From a bacterium (lineage in GTDB: Bacteria; UBA8248; JACPRG01; G963555815), in assembly GCA_965261595.1 (NCBI GenBank), contig CBDHDG010000004.1, positions 128,001 to 192,000 on the forward strand: a stretch of 64,000 nt of DNA, written 5' to 3'. Each line of letters starts with the position of its first letter. Positions within the stretch are counted from its first letter, which is position 1. Positions 31,751 to 41,294 of the stretch are shown here, piece after piece. The translations under genes were made by a program, and so were the position numbers. A model generated the notes under the pieces. The model was not told the DNA's origin. It was given only the letters and a program-made list of their open reading frames with translations, and ran no database searches.

Positions 31751-33049
31751 GTGCTGGAAGGCCAGACGACCCCCGCAACCGACGAAAGACAGAAAACCCC
31801 GATCCCCCGGGGGGCAAGCCGCCGGGATTTTACGCAGGACATGCTCGGGTTCTGCCGGGCGTTGCGGGAGAAAAAGGTCAAGGTCACCACCGGGCGGATC
31901 CTCGACCTGTACAACAGCCTTCAGATCATCGACGTGACCCAGAAAGACGATTTCCGCACGGCCGCCCGCTCCAATCTGGTCTCGAACTACGATGAGCTGA
32001 AAATCTTCGATGAGCTTTTCGACGAGTACTGGGCTATCGAGGACGGGGATGTCCTGCCCGAGGGTGCGGATGGGTGCGGCCCGGAGGGGGAGCCGCCGCC
32101 GATGGACCCGGAATCCTGCGGACCGGAAGGCGAGGATCCCGGCCAGGAAGGCGAGCAGGAAGGCGATGAGCAGGAGGGAGAGGGTCAGGGCGAGGGAGAG
32201 GAAGAAGAGCAGTTCATGCTGGATGACGAGGATGGACAGGAGGGAGAGGAAGGCGACCCTTCGGGCGATGAAGACAACCTCCCCAGCTACAGCCCCTTTG
32301 AGGTGCTCTCGGTCAAGGACTTTGGAAACATCAAAGGCGAGGAGGTGGAAGAAATCCGCAAGCTGATCGCCGAACTGGCCCCCAAGCTGGCCACGCGAAT
32401 CAGCCGGCGAAAGACATCCACCCCACGGAAGAAATTCGTGGACATGCGGCGCACCATCCGCAAGAACCTGCGCTACGGCGGGGAAATCGTCAGGCTTTTC
32501 CACCGAAAATTGAAGATCAAGAAGAACGACATCGTTCTCCTGTGCGATGTCAGCGGCTCGATGGACGCCTATAGCCAGTTCCTGGTCCAGTTCATCTACG
32601 GCCTCCAGAGTGAGATCAAGAACATTCAGACCGCCGTGTTCAGCACGCGCCTGACGATCGCGACCCCCTATCTTCGGGATCGAGACCTTCACAAAGCGCT
32701 CAAGCGCTTGGCCGAAAAGGTGCACGACTGGTCCGGCGGAACCAACATCGGCGGCTGTTTGAAGACTTTCAACGAGCGCTGGGGAAGCATGATGGTCTCG
32801 AAGCGGACCATCGTCATCATCATCAGCGACGGATGGGACCGGGGCGAGATCGATGTCCTGGATCGGGAGATGAGGCGGCTCAAAAGCCGCGCGCGCCGCG
32901 TGATCTGGCTCAACCCGCTTCTGGGAAGTCCCGGGTATAAACCCATCGACCGGGGGATGCGAACCGCCCTGCCCTACCTGGACCAGTTCCTGCCGGCCCA
33001 CAATCTGGGCGTACTGACCGATTTGGCGGAGGCCATCAGTCTCGACTGA
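31751..33049 (+). CDS. VWA-domain protein (CoxE-like)
   Basis: CDVSGSM MIDAS, FSTRLT, WSGGTNIG, IISDGWD, WLNPL; acidic linker. Confidence 0.9.
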   Translation: MLEGQTTPATDERQKTPIPRGASRRDFTQDMLGFCRALREKKVKVTTGRILDLYNSLQIIDVTQKDDFRTAARSNLVSNYDELKIFDELFDEYWAIEDGDVLPEGADGCGPEGEPPPMDPESCGPEGEDPGQEGEQEGDEQEGEGQGEGEEEEQFMLDDEDGQEGEEGDPSGDEDNLPSYSPFEVLSVKDFGNIKGEEVEEIRKLIAELAPKLATRISRRKTSTPRKKFVDMRRTIRKNLRYGGEIVRLFHRKLKIKKNDIVLLCDVSGSMDAYSQFLVQFIYGLQSEIKNIQTAVFSTRLTIATPYLRDRDLHKALKRLAEKVHDWSGGTNIGGCLKTFNERWGSMMVSKRTIVIIISDGWDRGEIDVLDREMRRLKSRARRVIWLNPLLGSPGYKPIDRGMRTALPYLDQFLPAHNLGVLTDLAEAISLD

Positions 33050-33114
33050 TCCCCCGACGGAGCGGACGCCGGTCTCGAAGACACCCTCATTGCGGCGCCC
33101 GCCGGCGGTGCCGG

Positions 33115-34410
33115 TTGTTCCCTGACCCGGCGGCAATCCTTCACCCGAAGGGACCCCCCGCGGTGGTCGCAACGCTCCTCGATTCAGGACGGGTCGAGAC
33201 TTTGGCCGCGGTGACGTTGAACGCCCTTCTCTGTCTCGCCCTGCTCATCCAGCTTTACCTGTTCCTGCACGCCCGCCGGTTTATTCGGCGCCGGAGACAT
33301 CTCTCGCCCGGACAAAGACGCGCCGCGGTCATGGCCCTGGCCGTTTTCTTCGGCTTGATGTCGCTTCCTTACGTGATTCGTCTCCTGTCGGGCAGACCGT
33401 CGGCCATTTCCTCCCCGTGGTTTACGTATGGGGTGCTCTACCCGTTCGGTGTTTGGAGCGTCGGGGCGATGATCCTGTTTTTTTTCCTCGGCTGCGCTTC
33501 TTCGCTTCGATGGATAGCCTCCCGGGTTGCGGGCGGATTCAAGCTCCCCTCCCCTTCCCCGGCGCGGACCAGCCCCGCGATGAGCCGCAGGTCGTTTCTC
33601 CTAGGAGCCGCCGGCGCGACAGCGGCCGCCCCTCTGGTGTTGTCCGCCTATGGGACCGTGTTTGCCCGCACGGATTATGAAACGGTCGAAATGGATATGC
33701 CCATCCGGAACCTTCCGCCCGCGCTCGTCGGCCTCCGCCTCGTTCAGATATCCGACCTCCATGCGGGGCCTTTCACCACCGGGCGGCAGATCGCGGGAAT
33801 CGTCGGCCGGACGAATCTCCTGAGTCCTGACTTGGTGATGATCACCGGGGACGTTGTCCACGCCGCCCGGGATGAGATCGCGCCGTGCATGCGGGCCCTC
33901 TCGCTTCTTCGGGCAAGCTGCGGGGTTTTCGCGTGTCAGGGAAATCACGAGTACTGGGTCGGTCCCGAAGCGGTTCGGCGAGGCGCGGAGGGGGCGGGGA
34001 TCAGGATGCTGGTCAACGAGGGCCGGGTTCTCTCCATCGATGGCGCGAGGCTGAATATCGCCGCCGTGGACGACCTTGGCCTGGGAAAACCGGATCTGCG
34101 CCGTGCCTTGGCGAGGCTGGACCCGGCGGCCCCTACACTCCTTCTCTCCCACCGGCCTGATTTATTTCCCGCCGCCGCCCGGCGCGGCGTGGACCTCACG
34201 CTGGCCGGCCACTACCACGGAGGACAAGTCAAGATCAGGATCCTGGGCGTCCCGCTCTCGCCGTTTCGTCTCGTGACGAAATACCTCGAAGGGCCCTTTC
34301 GGCGGGGGCGCAGCCGGATGTACGTGAGCCGGGGGCTGGGCACGACCGGACCGCCCGTCCGCATCGGCTCGCGTCCGGAGCTGACGCTTTTTCGGCTTAT
34401 CCGCGGTTGA
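33115..34410 (+). CDS. Membrane-bound metallophosphoesterase (YkuE-like)
   Basis: 3 TM helices, SDLH, TGD, GNHE, LSHRP, AGHYHGGQ; start uncertain. Confidence 0.88.
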   Translation: MFPDPAAILHPKGPPAVVATLLDSGRVETLAAVTLNALLCLALLIQLYLFLHARRFIRRRRHLSPGQRRAAVMALAVFFGLMSLPYVIRLLSGRPSAISSPWFTYGVLYPFGVWSVGAMILFFFLGCASSLRWIASRVAGGFKLPSPSPARTSPAMSRRSFLLGAAGATAAAPLVLSAYGTVFARTDYETVEMDMPIRNLPPALVGLRLVQISDLHAGPFTTGRQIAGIVGRTNLLSPDLVMITGDVVHAARDEIAPCMRALSLLRASCGVFACQGNHEYWVGPEAVRRGAEGAGIRMLVNEGRVLSIDGARLNIAAVDDLGLGKPDLRRALARLDPAAPTLLLSHRPDLFPAAARRGVDLTLAGHYHGGQVKIRILGVPLSPFRLVTKYLEGPFRRGRSRMYVSRGLGTTGPPVRIGSRPELTLFRLIRG

Positions 34411-34435
34411 GAGAAATCGACGGCTCGACGCCCCT

Positions 34436-35104
34436 TCAAACGGGCCACGTCTCCCGACGGAAAGACATCTCCCAGAAAAAATATTCATAGCGGCTGCTGA
34501 GGAGGAAGATCTCGACGCACCGGCGTCTGGAAGACGGCGACGCCTCTTCGCCCAGCCGATTCAGGAGGGAGCAGAGCCAGTCGGCGATGGCCCGGAATTC
34601 TTCCGACGCATACGTTTGGATCCACTCGACGTAGGGGTTGGCCTCCGAGACGTCCCCCTCGCGCGCAAGGCGGCTTCCGATCTCCGCGTAACCCCATTGG
34701 CAGGGCATCAGTCCGGCGGCGATCTCGACAAGGCCTCCCGCATGGGCGATTTCCAACAAGTGCCGCGTATAGGCCCTGGCCGCGGGCGCCAACTCGACGG
34801 CCTCCAGGTCTTCGTTCGTGATTCCGAAACGCGCGGCATACGACCGATGAAGCTCCATTTCCTGATTCAGCGTGGCGTCCAGCAGGCCCGCGAACCTCCC
34901 CATCGCCGTCAGGCCGCCGCCCTTGGAAACGGCCAGCGCCAGAACCCGCGCATATTCGATCAAGAACACATAGTCCTGCCCCATGTAGAACCGGAAGGCC
35001 TCCACGGGCAAGGACCCGTCGGCGATCCCCCGGACAAAGGGGTGCGTGTGGATCTCCCGCCAGATTTCCTCCCCGCTCTTTTTCAGCTCCTCCGAAAATT
35101 TCAC
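34436..35104 (-). CDS. tenA: Thiaminase II / aminopyrimidine aminohydrolase
   Basis: HPFV, QDYVFL, PCQWGY catalytic Cys, WIQTY, EYFFWEM. Confidence 0.9.
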   Translation of the reverse strand: MKFSEELKKSGEEIWREIHTHPFVRGIADGSLPVEAFRFYMGQDYVFLIEYARVLALAVSKGGGLTAMGRFAGLLDATLNQEMELHRSYAARFGITNEDLEAVELAPAARAYTRHLLEIAHAGGLVEIAAGLMPCQWGYAEIGSRLAREGDVSEANPYVEWIQTYASEEFRAIADWLCSLLNRLGEEASPSSRRRCVEIFLLSSRYEYFFWEMSFRRETWPV

Positions 35105-35201
35105 GCCCCCCCCTTCCTCCCCCCGTTCAAGGTCAGCTTGGATTCGTGGTGGCTTCACGCCGCTTGGTCATCCGCTTTTCCTGAATGGAACCCACTCTCC
35201 T

Positions 35202-35942
35202 TTAATAAAAGACCTCCACCAGAAACAATCCATGCGGCGGCGCCGTCGGTCCGGCCTGTTTCCGGTCCCTGGACTCCAGGATCTCCTTCACCCGCCGGGG
35301 CGTGATTTTCATCCTTCCGACGTCCGCCAGCGTCCCCGTGATGTTCCGCACCATGTAACGCAGGAAGCCGTCGGCCCGGACGCGAATCTCCACCGATTCG
35401 CCCGCCTGGGAGATGGTCAGTTGAGCGACGGTCCGAACGGCGTCTCGGGGGTCGTCGCCGTCTCCGCCCCAAAACGCGCTGAAGTCGTGCCTTCCCACGA
35501 GATGTCGGGCCCCTTCCCGCATGGCCGGAACATCAAGCGGAAATCGGACGTGCCAAGTGTAATGCCGGAGAAGGGCGGATGGGAATTCCCGGTTCAGGAT
35601 GACGTATTTGTACTGTTTCCCCACTGTCGAATGCTGGGCGTGAAAATCCGGCGGGACCTTCTTCGCCCGCTTCACGACGATGTCTCGGGGCAAATTGGAA
35701 TTCAGGGCGCGCTGGAGATCATCGGAATCCAAGCGGGTGTCCAGCTCGAAATTAACCACCTGTCCCAGCGCGTGGACGCGGGCGTCCGTACGACCGGAGG
35801 CATAGATCGTGGGTCGGGTCTCGGTCACTCGCTCAATCGCATCCAGGAGGACGCCCTGAACCGTCGATGCGTTCTCCTGGAGCTGCCAGCCGTGATAAGC
35901 GGTCCCGTCATATTCCAGCGTCAGGGCGAAATTGATTGGCAT
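35202..35942 (-). CDS. truA: tRNA pseudouridine(38-40) synthase
   Basis: YDGTAYHGWQ, GRTDARVHA, FLRYMVR, TAPPHGLFL. Confidence 0.96.
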   Translation of the reverse strand: MPINFALTLEYDGTAYHGWQLQENASTVQGVLLDAIERVTETRPTIYASGRTDARVHALGQVVNFELDTRLDSDDLQRALNSNLPRDIVVKRAKKVPPDFHAQHSTVGKQYKYVILNREFPSALLRHYTWHVRFPLDVPAMREGARHLVGRHDFSAFWGGDGDDPRDAVRTVAQLTISQAGESVEIRVRADGFLRYMVRNITGTLADVGRMKITPRRVKEILESRDRKQAGPTAPPHGLFLVEVFY

Positions 35943-36475
35943 GACACCAGCTCATTGCGTGATTGCACATCGGAAATTCCCGGCGGATGGCAGTATCCCA
36001 GCGCCCCGGGAAATTGTAAAGCGCCGGGGTTCATGAAAGACCTTCTCGGCGGCCGCCCGGTGTTCCAAACCCGAGTGATGCGGGCGGACTCTTCCTCCCT
36101 CCCCCCGACCTTTTCGGCGAGTTCGCGAATTGCGGCGGCCAAGAATTATCCGACGGACAGAATGCTGAGGCATCCCCCATTTCTCCGCGTGAATAAACGA
36201 AGCTCGAAGGATCTTTTGTGACACCGGCCTTGAGGAATGATTTTCTTCACCCGCACAGCCGATGAAAATTGAGGATCACCGGCAAAGAAAGGCTTTGACG
36301 CCGCGTCAAGATTTGATTAGTATTTTTTTTTTGGAATCGTGGCAGATCTCGACAGCCCGGAATGCGTGGGATGGAGGCGGTCCGCCGCGGGGGAGAGCCG
36401 TGCTTCGGAAGGTTCGCCGGAGGCGGTGCGTCAGTAACACGGGGAAGATGGAACAGGGGGAGGTTGAAGGTCGGT

Positions 36476-36682
36476 ATGGGAACGGGGACTGTCAAATGGT
36501 TCAATGAGGCCAAGGGGTTCGGGTTTATCAGTCAAGAAGATGGACCCGATGTGTTTGTCCACTATTCCTCCATCTCGGGGGATGGCTTCAAGACGTTGAA
36601 TGAAGGGGACGCGGTCAATTTCGAGATCGAAGAAGGTCCGAAGGGGTTGAAAGCGATCAACGTTTCCCGCGCAGAGGACTGA
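36476..36682 (+). CDS. Cold-shock domain protein
   Basis: GTVKWFN, KGFGFI (RNP1), VFVHY (RNP2). Confidence 0.96.
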   Translation: MGTGTVKWFNEAKGFGFISQEDGPDVFVHYSSISGDGFKTLNEGDAVNFEIEEGPKGLKAINVSRAED

Positions 36683-36770
36683 AAGGACATTAAGGAACAG
36701 GCCGCCTCTTTTGTCTTGGGCCCTGGCCTCCCGACGCCGCCCCGGGGAGGAGAGGAGGGGCAACGCTGGT

Positions 36771-38039
36771 TCAATCCAACACCATCCCGGGTGTTATGGT
36801 GAACCGTAGCGCCCGGTGAGCCTTGCGGAGGGATTCCTCCGTCCGCTCGGGGGAAGATCCCCGCGCGAAGATGAAACCGAGATAACTGGACCCTTCGGGC
36901 GGCGGGACGAGGATTTCTCTTGTTTTCGCGGTCAGGGTCACCTCCTCCACGCCGTCGATCCCGCGCGCTTCTTCCAATCCCTCTGCACGATGCAAGATCC
37001 CCCCTTCCGGGATGGGGATCATCATGACGCCCGACGCCCCGTCTTCAAGCGCGTCCGATTCGATCTTGAGCCCGAGTGAATGACGGAGGATGACCTCCTC
37101 CAGCGCGAGACCGCCGGCGAATCTCAAGGCCCGCGAGCAAAGCCCCCCAATGGACCGGGAAGCGACCTCAAGGATCCAAACCCCTTCCGCGTTGACGCGC
37201 ATTTCCGCGTGGACGGGGCCGTGAAGCAGCCCGACGCCGCGGGCCGCTGCTTCCGCCGTTCGAACAATCTCATCCTGAACGGTTTTATCCAACCGCGAGG
37301 GCGTCACATAGAGGGTCTCCTCGAAGAATGGTCCGTCCAGCGGGTCGGGCTTGTCGAACAAGGCCAGCGGCCGCAACCGGCCGCGCTCCATCAGACCCTC
37401 CAGGGCCGCCTCGCGGCCTTCGATGAATCCTTCCACGAGGATCCATTCGTTGGCTTCGTCCCGCATGGCCCGAATCTCGGGCTTGGTCAACAGGGCCGCC
37501 ACCCGGCGGAACGCGGCCTCGAACTCTTCCGGGTCGTTCGCCCGAATCACGCCCCGGCTCGCGCCCAGCGCCAGGGGTTTCAGGACACACGGGTATGGCG
37601 CGCCCCCTCCCGCCTTTTGGGGGTCGGCCGTGATGGGGTGGGAGGAGAACGCCGGCCCCCGGAGACCCGCCGCTTGAAAGGCCCGCCGGGAGCGCAGCTT
37701 GTTTCGGCTTGAGGCTACAGCCCCGGGCGGGTTGTGAACCAGTCCCAGCGCCTGGGCGGCGAGCGCGGCGACCCACGTTGGACGATCCCCGATGGGAACG
37801 ATGGCGTCCAGCGGCGTTTGCTCGGCCGCTTCGATGATTGAGCGGACAGCGGCCTCCGGGTCCTCGAACCGCAGGGGAATCGCGCCGTCCGCCCAGGGAT
37901 CTTCCAGGACGTGGCACCGATCCGTTCCGATCAGGGTTTCAATCTCAAGGCGGCGGGCCGCTTTCAGGAAGTCTTCCGCCTGATAGCCCGTGGTCGTGTA
38001 GAGGAGGAGAACGCGGGGGGGCCGCGTGGATGGGCTCAT
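36771..38039 (-). CDS. ATP-grasp domain ligase
   Basis: PCVLKP..GASRGV, VEGFIEG, HAEMR, LEVASRSIGG. Confidence 0.9.
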   Translation of the reverse strand: MSPSTRPPRVLLLYTTTGYQAEDFLKAARRLEIETLIGTDRCHVLEDPWADGAIPLRFEDPEAAVRSIIEAAEQTPLDAIVPIGDRPTWVAALAAQALGLVHNPPGAVASSRNKLRSRRAFQAAGLRGPAFSSHPITADPQKAGGGAPYPCVLKPLALGASRGVIRANDPEEFEAAFRRVAALLTKPEIRAMRDEANEWILVEGFIEGREAALEGLMERGRLRPLALFDKPDPLDGPFFEETLYVTPSRLDKTVQDEIVRTAEAAARGVGLLHGPVHAEMRVNAEGVWILEVASRSIGGLCSRALRFAGGLALEEVILRHSLGLKIESDALEDGASGVMMIPIPEGGILHRAEGLEEARGIDGVEEVTLTAKTREILVPPPEGSSYLGFIFARGSSPERTEESLRKAHRALRFTITPGMVLD

Positions 38040-38054
38040 GGATCCTTGCGATGT

Positions 38055-39452
38055 TCAGATGGGAGCCAACTGCTCCTCGAGGGGCTCCGCTCAGCAGTAC
38101 CACGGTTCGGTCAGGAACGGGATGGCCGCTGGGGAGGGCAGGACCGGGAGCGCGGGGACATCTTCATCCGCCATCCCCTCGGCCACATGGACGGCGCGCC
38201 AGACCCGCGCGAAGATTTGCCGGCGGGTTTCCCCCCGGGCTTCGCCGCGTTTCACCAGGTCCAGGACCACGCGCTGGAGCTCGTCGACCCTGGGGTCTTC
38301 ATTCCGCCAGGTGTAGCTCAACGCCTCCTCCTCGAAGCCGTCCACGATTTGCGCCACTTCCGGCAACTCCAACAACCGGGAGCCCGCGGGAATCAGAAGC
38401 CGAATGGCCAGTTGAACCGGCGAGACCCGGTCCACGAGTTCGAGGTCGATGAGAGAAGACAAAAGCGCCCGATACCCTTCTAAAGACGTCCAGGGTGTAA
38501 ACGTCACAAACGTCGGATTGAGATGGAGACCGATTTCCCGGAACAAGCGGACGACCCGAATGAAATCCTCGCGGGTGTGTCCCTTATCGAAAATCCTCAG
38601 CACCCGGTCGTCAATGGACTCCACGGCGCTGGTGACGAACAGGCAGCCCGTCTCGCGGAGCGTGGCCAGGTGCGCGGCGTGTTTCAGCAGGTGCTCCACT
38701 TTGATGGTCACGTCATAGGTCAGGTCCGGATGCTCGGCGTGGAAGGCTTTGACCAGGCGGATGGCATGGCCCACTCCGTTGAAGAAGTCCGGGTCGCCGA
38801 ACGTGATGTGGCGGGCCCCCGCGGCCGTCTGCCGTCGGATGTCCTCCAGGACCACATCGGGTTGAACAACGCGAAACGCGCCCCGATAGACCGGCACGAT
38901 CGGGCAATGGCGGCACAGGTGTTTGCAACCCCGGCTCGCCTCGGTGTACCCGACGGTCCGGACGGGCCCGTTTCCAGGATTCAGTCCGGCGTAACGGGTC
39001 AAGTCCGGAAGCCCCCGCCGGTCCGGCACGACGAATCGCAGTTTCTCCAACGACACGCAGGACTCTTGTCGCGGTGTTTTGTCCCCATTTTCCAGGCCGC
39101 GAACCAAATCGACGAGCCCCTTCTCGAACTCGCCTCCCAGGATGGAGTGAACGCCCAGCCCCCTGAGATACGCCTCGTTGACCGGCGCGTAGAGTCCGTA
39201 AAAGCAGAGGCGGGCGGCCGGGTTGAGGGCTTTCACCCGACCGAGGACGCCCACGGAAATGCGGGTGGCGGTGTGCATCGGAACGTGGAACGCGACCAGG
39301 TCGGCGGCGCGAACGCGCGCCTCGTCCAGTTTATCAACGGCCAAATCCAGGCAGGAGACCTCCGCCCCCGCGCGGCGAAGCCACGCGGCGGGCGAAGCCA
39401 GGCCAAAGGGCTGCCGGCCCAGATCGTATGTTGAAAGGAGGACGACTCTCAT
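38055..39452 (-). CDS. CUAEP-tail radical SAM protein, probable selenoprotein (Sec UGA at 38091-38093)
   Basis: CKHLCRHC radical SAM motif; reading through TGA gives ..LTEPWYC-U-AEPLEEQLAPI*, the CUAEP/CCAEP tail. Confidence 0.85.
38062..38088 (-). promoter_or_regulatory. Candidate bacterial SECIS hairpin
   Basis: mRNA UGA-GC-GGAGCC-CCUCGAGGAGCAGUU-GGCUCC: 6-bp GC stem directly 3' of the UGA. Confidence 0.55.
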
Positions 39453-39514
39453 GGCGGATCTTCCGGACGGGCCTTTGGAAAGCGGAGGCGCGATTCGCAC
39501 GTTCCCGGGAAAGC

Positions 39515-39796
39515 TCAACCCTTGGTTTGGGGCGGAACAAAGCCTTCCGGCATGGCGCCCCCGTCTCCGAAAAAGAAATCCTCAACGGATTTTGTGAAGA
39601 TCTCATCAGTTGAATCATCCATCAGATTGAGGCGATATTCATTGACGACCATCTTGAAGTACTCGAGAAACATGTTCCAGCCTTCCTCGGAAACGTTCTT
39701 GTAAACCTTTTGGCCGAGCTCTCCCGGGATAGGCGCCTCGGATAGACCCGGCGCCTCCCGTCCCAATTTGACACACTGGACCTGTTGTTCCGCCAT
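39515..39796 (-). CDS. yggX: Oxidative damage protection / Fe(II)-trafficking protein
   Basis: VQCVKLGREAPGL..PGELG..VS..W..NEYRLNL..FF..GFVPP. Confidence 0.9.
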   Translation of the reverse strand: MAEQQVQCVKLGREAPGLSEAPIPGELGQKVYKNVSEEGWNMFLEYFKMVVNEYRLNLMDDSTDEIFTKSVEDFFFGDGGAMPEGFVPPQTKG

Positions 39797-39946
39797 CTTG
39801 ATTCCCCCGGTTCGGCGTTCGGCCGCGTTTGGCTGACTCTATTCAATATATGGACTTCGTGAACCCGCCTTGTCCAGCGGGTCCAGCCGATCCCGCGGCT
39901 TTTTTCAAAGTCGAAGCCGCGCGTGAGAGATTGCCATTCGGGTGTT

Positions 39947-39976
39947 TTGACCCCCACACGTGAAAAATTATACCAT
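39947..39976 (+). promoter_or_regulatory. Putative sigma70 promoter upstream of the structured element and 40.2-kb operon
   Basis: TTGACC (39947-52), 18 bp, TACCAT (39971-76). Confidence 0.4.
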
Positions 39977-39999
39977 TGGATCCCGATCCGCCGGAACGC

Positions 40000-40179
40000 G
40001 GTCATCCAACGCGGCCCCTGAGACCCCGGAACCGGACCCTCCGATTGGGTGCGCGCCCTCGTACATGATATTCTCTAGAGAGCGAGAATCGAAAGGTTGG
40101 GGACCCGAAGTCGCTCGGAGGCAGAGACACAGATTCGTACGATGACGTTCTCCCTCATCCGACGCAGGCGTGGATGACC
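40000..40179. ncRNA. Unassigned candidate structured RNA / leader (~180 nt)
   Basis: Nested complementary segments GGTCATCCA/TGGATGACC, CCTCCGA/TCGGAGG, TTGGGT/ACCCGA, ATTCTC/GAGAAT in an intergenic region. Confidence 0.35.
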
Positions 40180-40208
40180 CTGGAACACCCTTCCGGAGAA
40201 AAGATACC

Positions 40209-41225
40209 ATGGCGAAGGATTCGGCGTCACCTGAATCATCCGATTCTTCTGTGATCGGCCGGACGATCCATGTCCGGGGAAGTATTGAGGGGCACGAAGA
40301 CCTGACCTTCTTGGGCTCACTCGAAGGCGAGTTGAACCTCTACGGGCATCATCTGACGATCAGCGAAGGCGCCCGGGTCAACGCCGACGTCCGGGCGCGC
40401 GTGGTCAGCGTTTCGGGCGCCGCAACCGGAAAGATTGAACCGGGCGAGCTCCTTGAGATCCGGGCGCCGGGAAAGGTCTCCGGCGAGGTCTTGACCCCGC
40501 GACTTTCCTGCGAGGCGGGCGCATCGTTGACCGGCCGGTTTTCCGTGGGGCGGACCGGGGAGGGCGGCGCCGCCATCCCCGACTTCGAAAAGCTGCGCCT
40601 GTGGTTGGATCAGGAGCTGAAAGGCCTGACCGACGCCCAGTTGGATTATTCAGCGGAATCCCCGAATTGGGCCCGGTGGAGCATTCGGCGGCAGGTGAGT
40701 CATATGGCCAACAGCGTCATTCTTTGGCTGGTCGGAAGATGGGCGGACATCCTCTGGAAAGACCGCGGCCCCGATCCCGAGTTTCTGGAGATCAGCAAAG
40801 TGGAGCACGGCCACGACCGGATGCTGGACCCGGAAAAATATCGGGACATCAAATCCCTGGCTCAGATCCTTCAACGCGCTTACGACATGATCCGGCAGGT
40901 TGCGGGCCGGGAGAGCATGGAATCCCTGCGCGCGAAGACGCTTGTCCTGAAGCTTCCGGCCGACGCGAAGCTGGGGACTTCGAATGAGGGCGTCCACGAG
41001 ATCTGGGAGCGGTACGGCGCCGCCCACAAAGGCGACATCGTCCGGGACCCCTCGAACGCATACACCTGGAGCTTTACGCTGGAGGCCATGTTGCGCCATC
41101 TGTATTTCGAACACCTGGCGCACATTCGAACGGTGCAGCGCCTCAAGGAGAAGCAGGCCCTGAAGGCGGTCGTCGAATTGCCCCGGGAAGGTTATCTGAA
41201 GTTTGAGGATCACTGGGCGAGCTGA
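40209..41225 (+). CDS. Bactofilin (polymer-forming cytoskeletal) domain fused to a DinB-like domain
   Basis: N-term SVIGRTIHVRGSIEG.EDL..G..EG beta-solenoid; C-term GLTDAQLD, WSIRRQVSHM, H..EHLAH. Confidence 0.75.
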   Translation: MAKDSASPESSDSSVIGRTIHVRGSIEGHEDLTFLGSLEGELNLYGHHLTISEGARVNADVRARVVSVSGAATGKIEPGELLEIRAPGKVSGEVLTPRLSCEAGASLTGRFSVGRTGEGGAAIPDFEKLRLWLDQELKGLTDAQLDYSAESPNWARWSIRRQVSHMANSVILWLVGRWADILWKDRGPDPEFLEISKVEHGHDRMLDPEKYRDIKSLAQILQRAYDMIRQVAGRESMESLRAKTLVLKLPADAKLGTSNEGVHEIWERYGAAHKGDIVRDPSNAYTWSFTLEAMLRHLYFEHLAHIRTVQRLKEKQALKAVVELPREGYLKFEDHWAS

Positions 41226-41294
41226 AACCGCGCGGGATCAAAGCCGCCGGCCCCGCCGGCCGCCAATTCGCCCCTGAGAGGAGAGTTCAATCGC

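Noticed and set aside
33580..33640. Internal twin-arginine-like motif (SRRSFLLG) in the metallophosphoesterase
   Set aside because: Common in YkuE-like membrane phosphoesterases; not unusual.
40015..40060. TPP riboswitch-like CTGAGA..CCC..GAACC segment
   Set aside because: Lacks the CUGAU/UAAU/GCGUAGG elements; kept only as part of the unassigned structured element.
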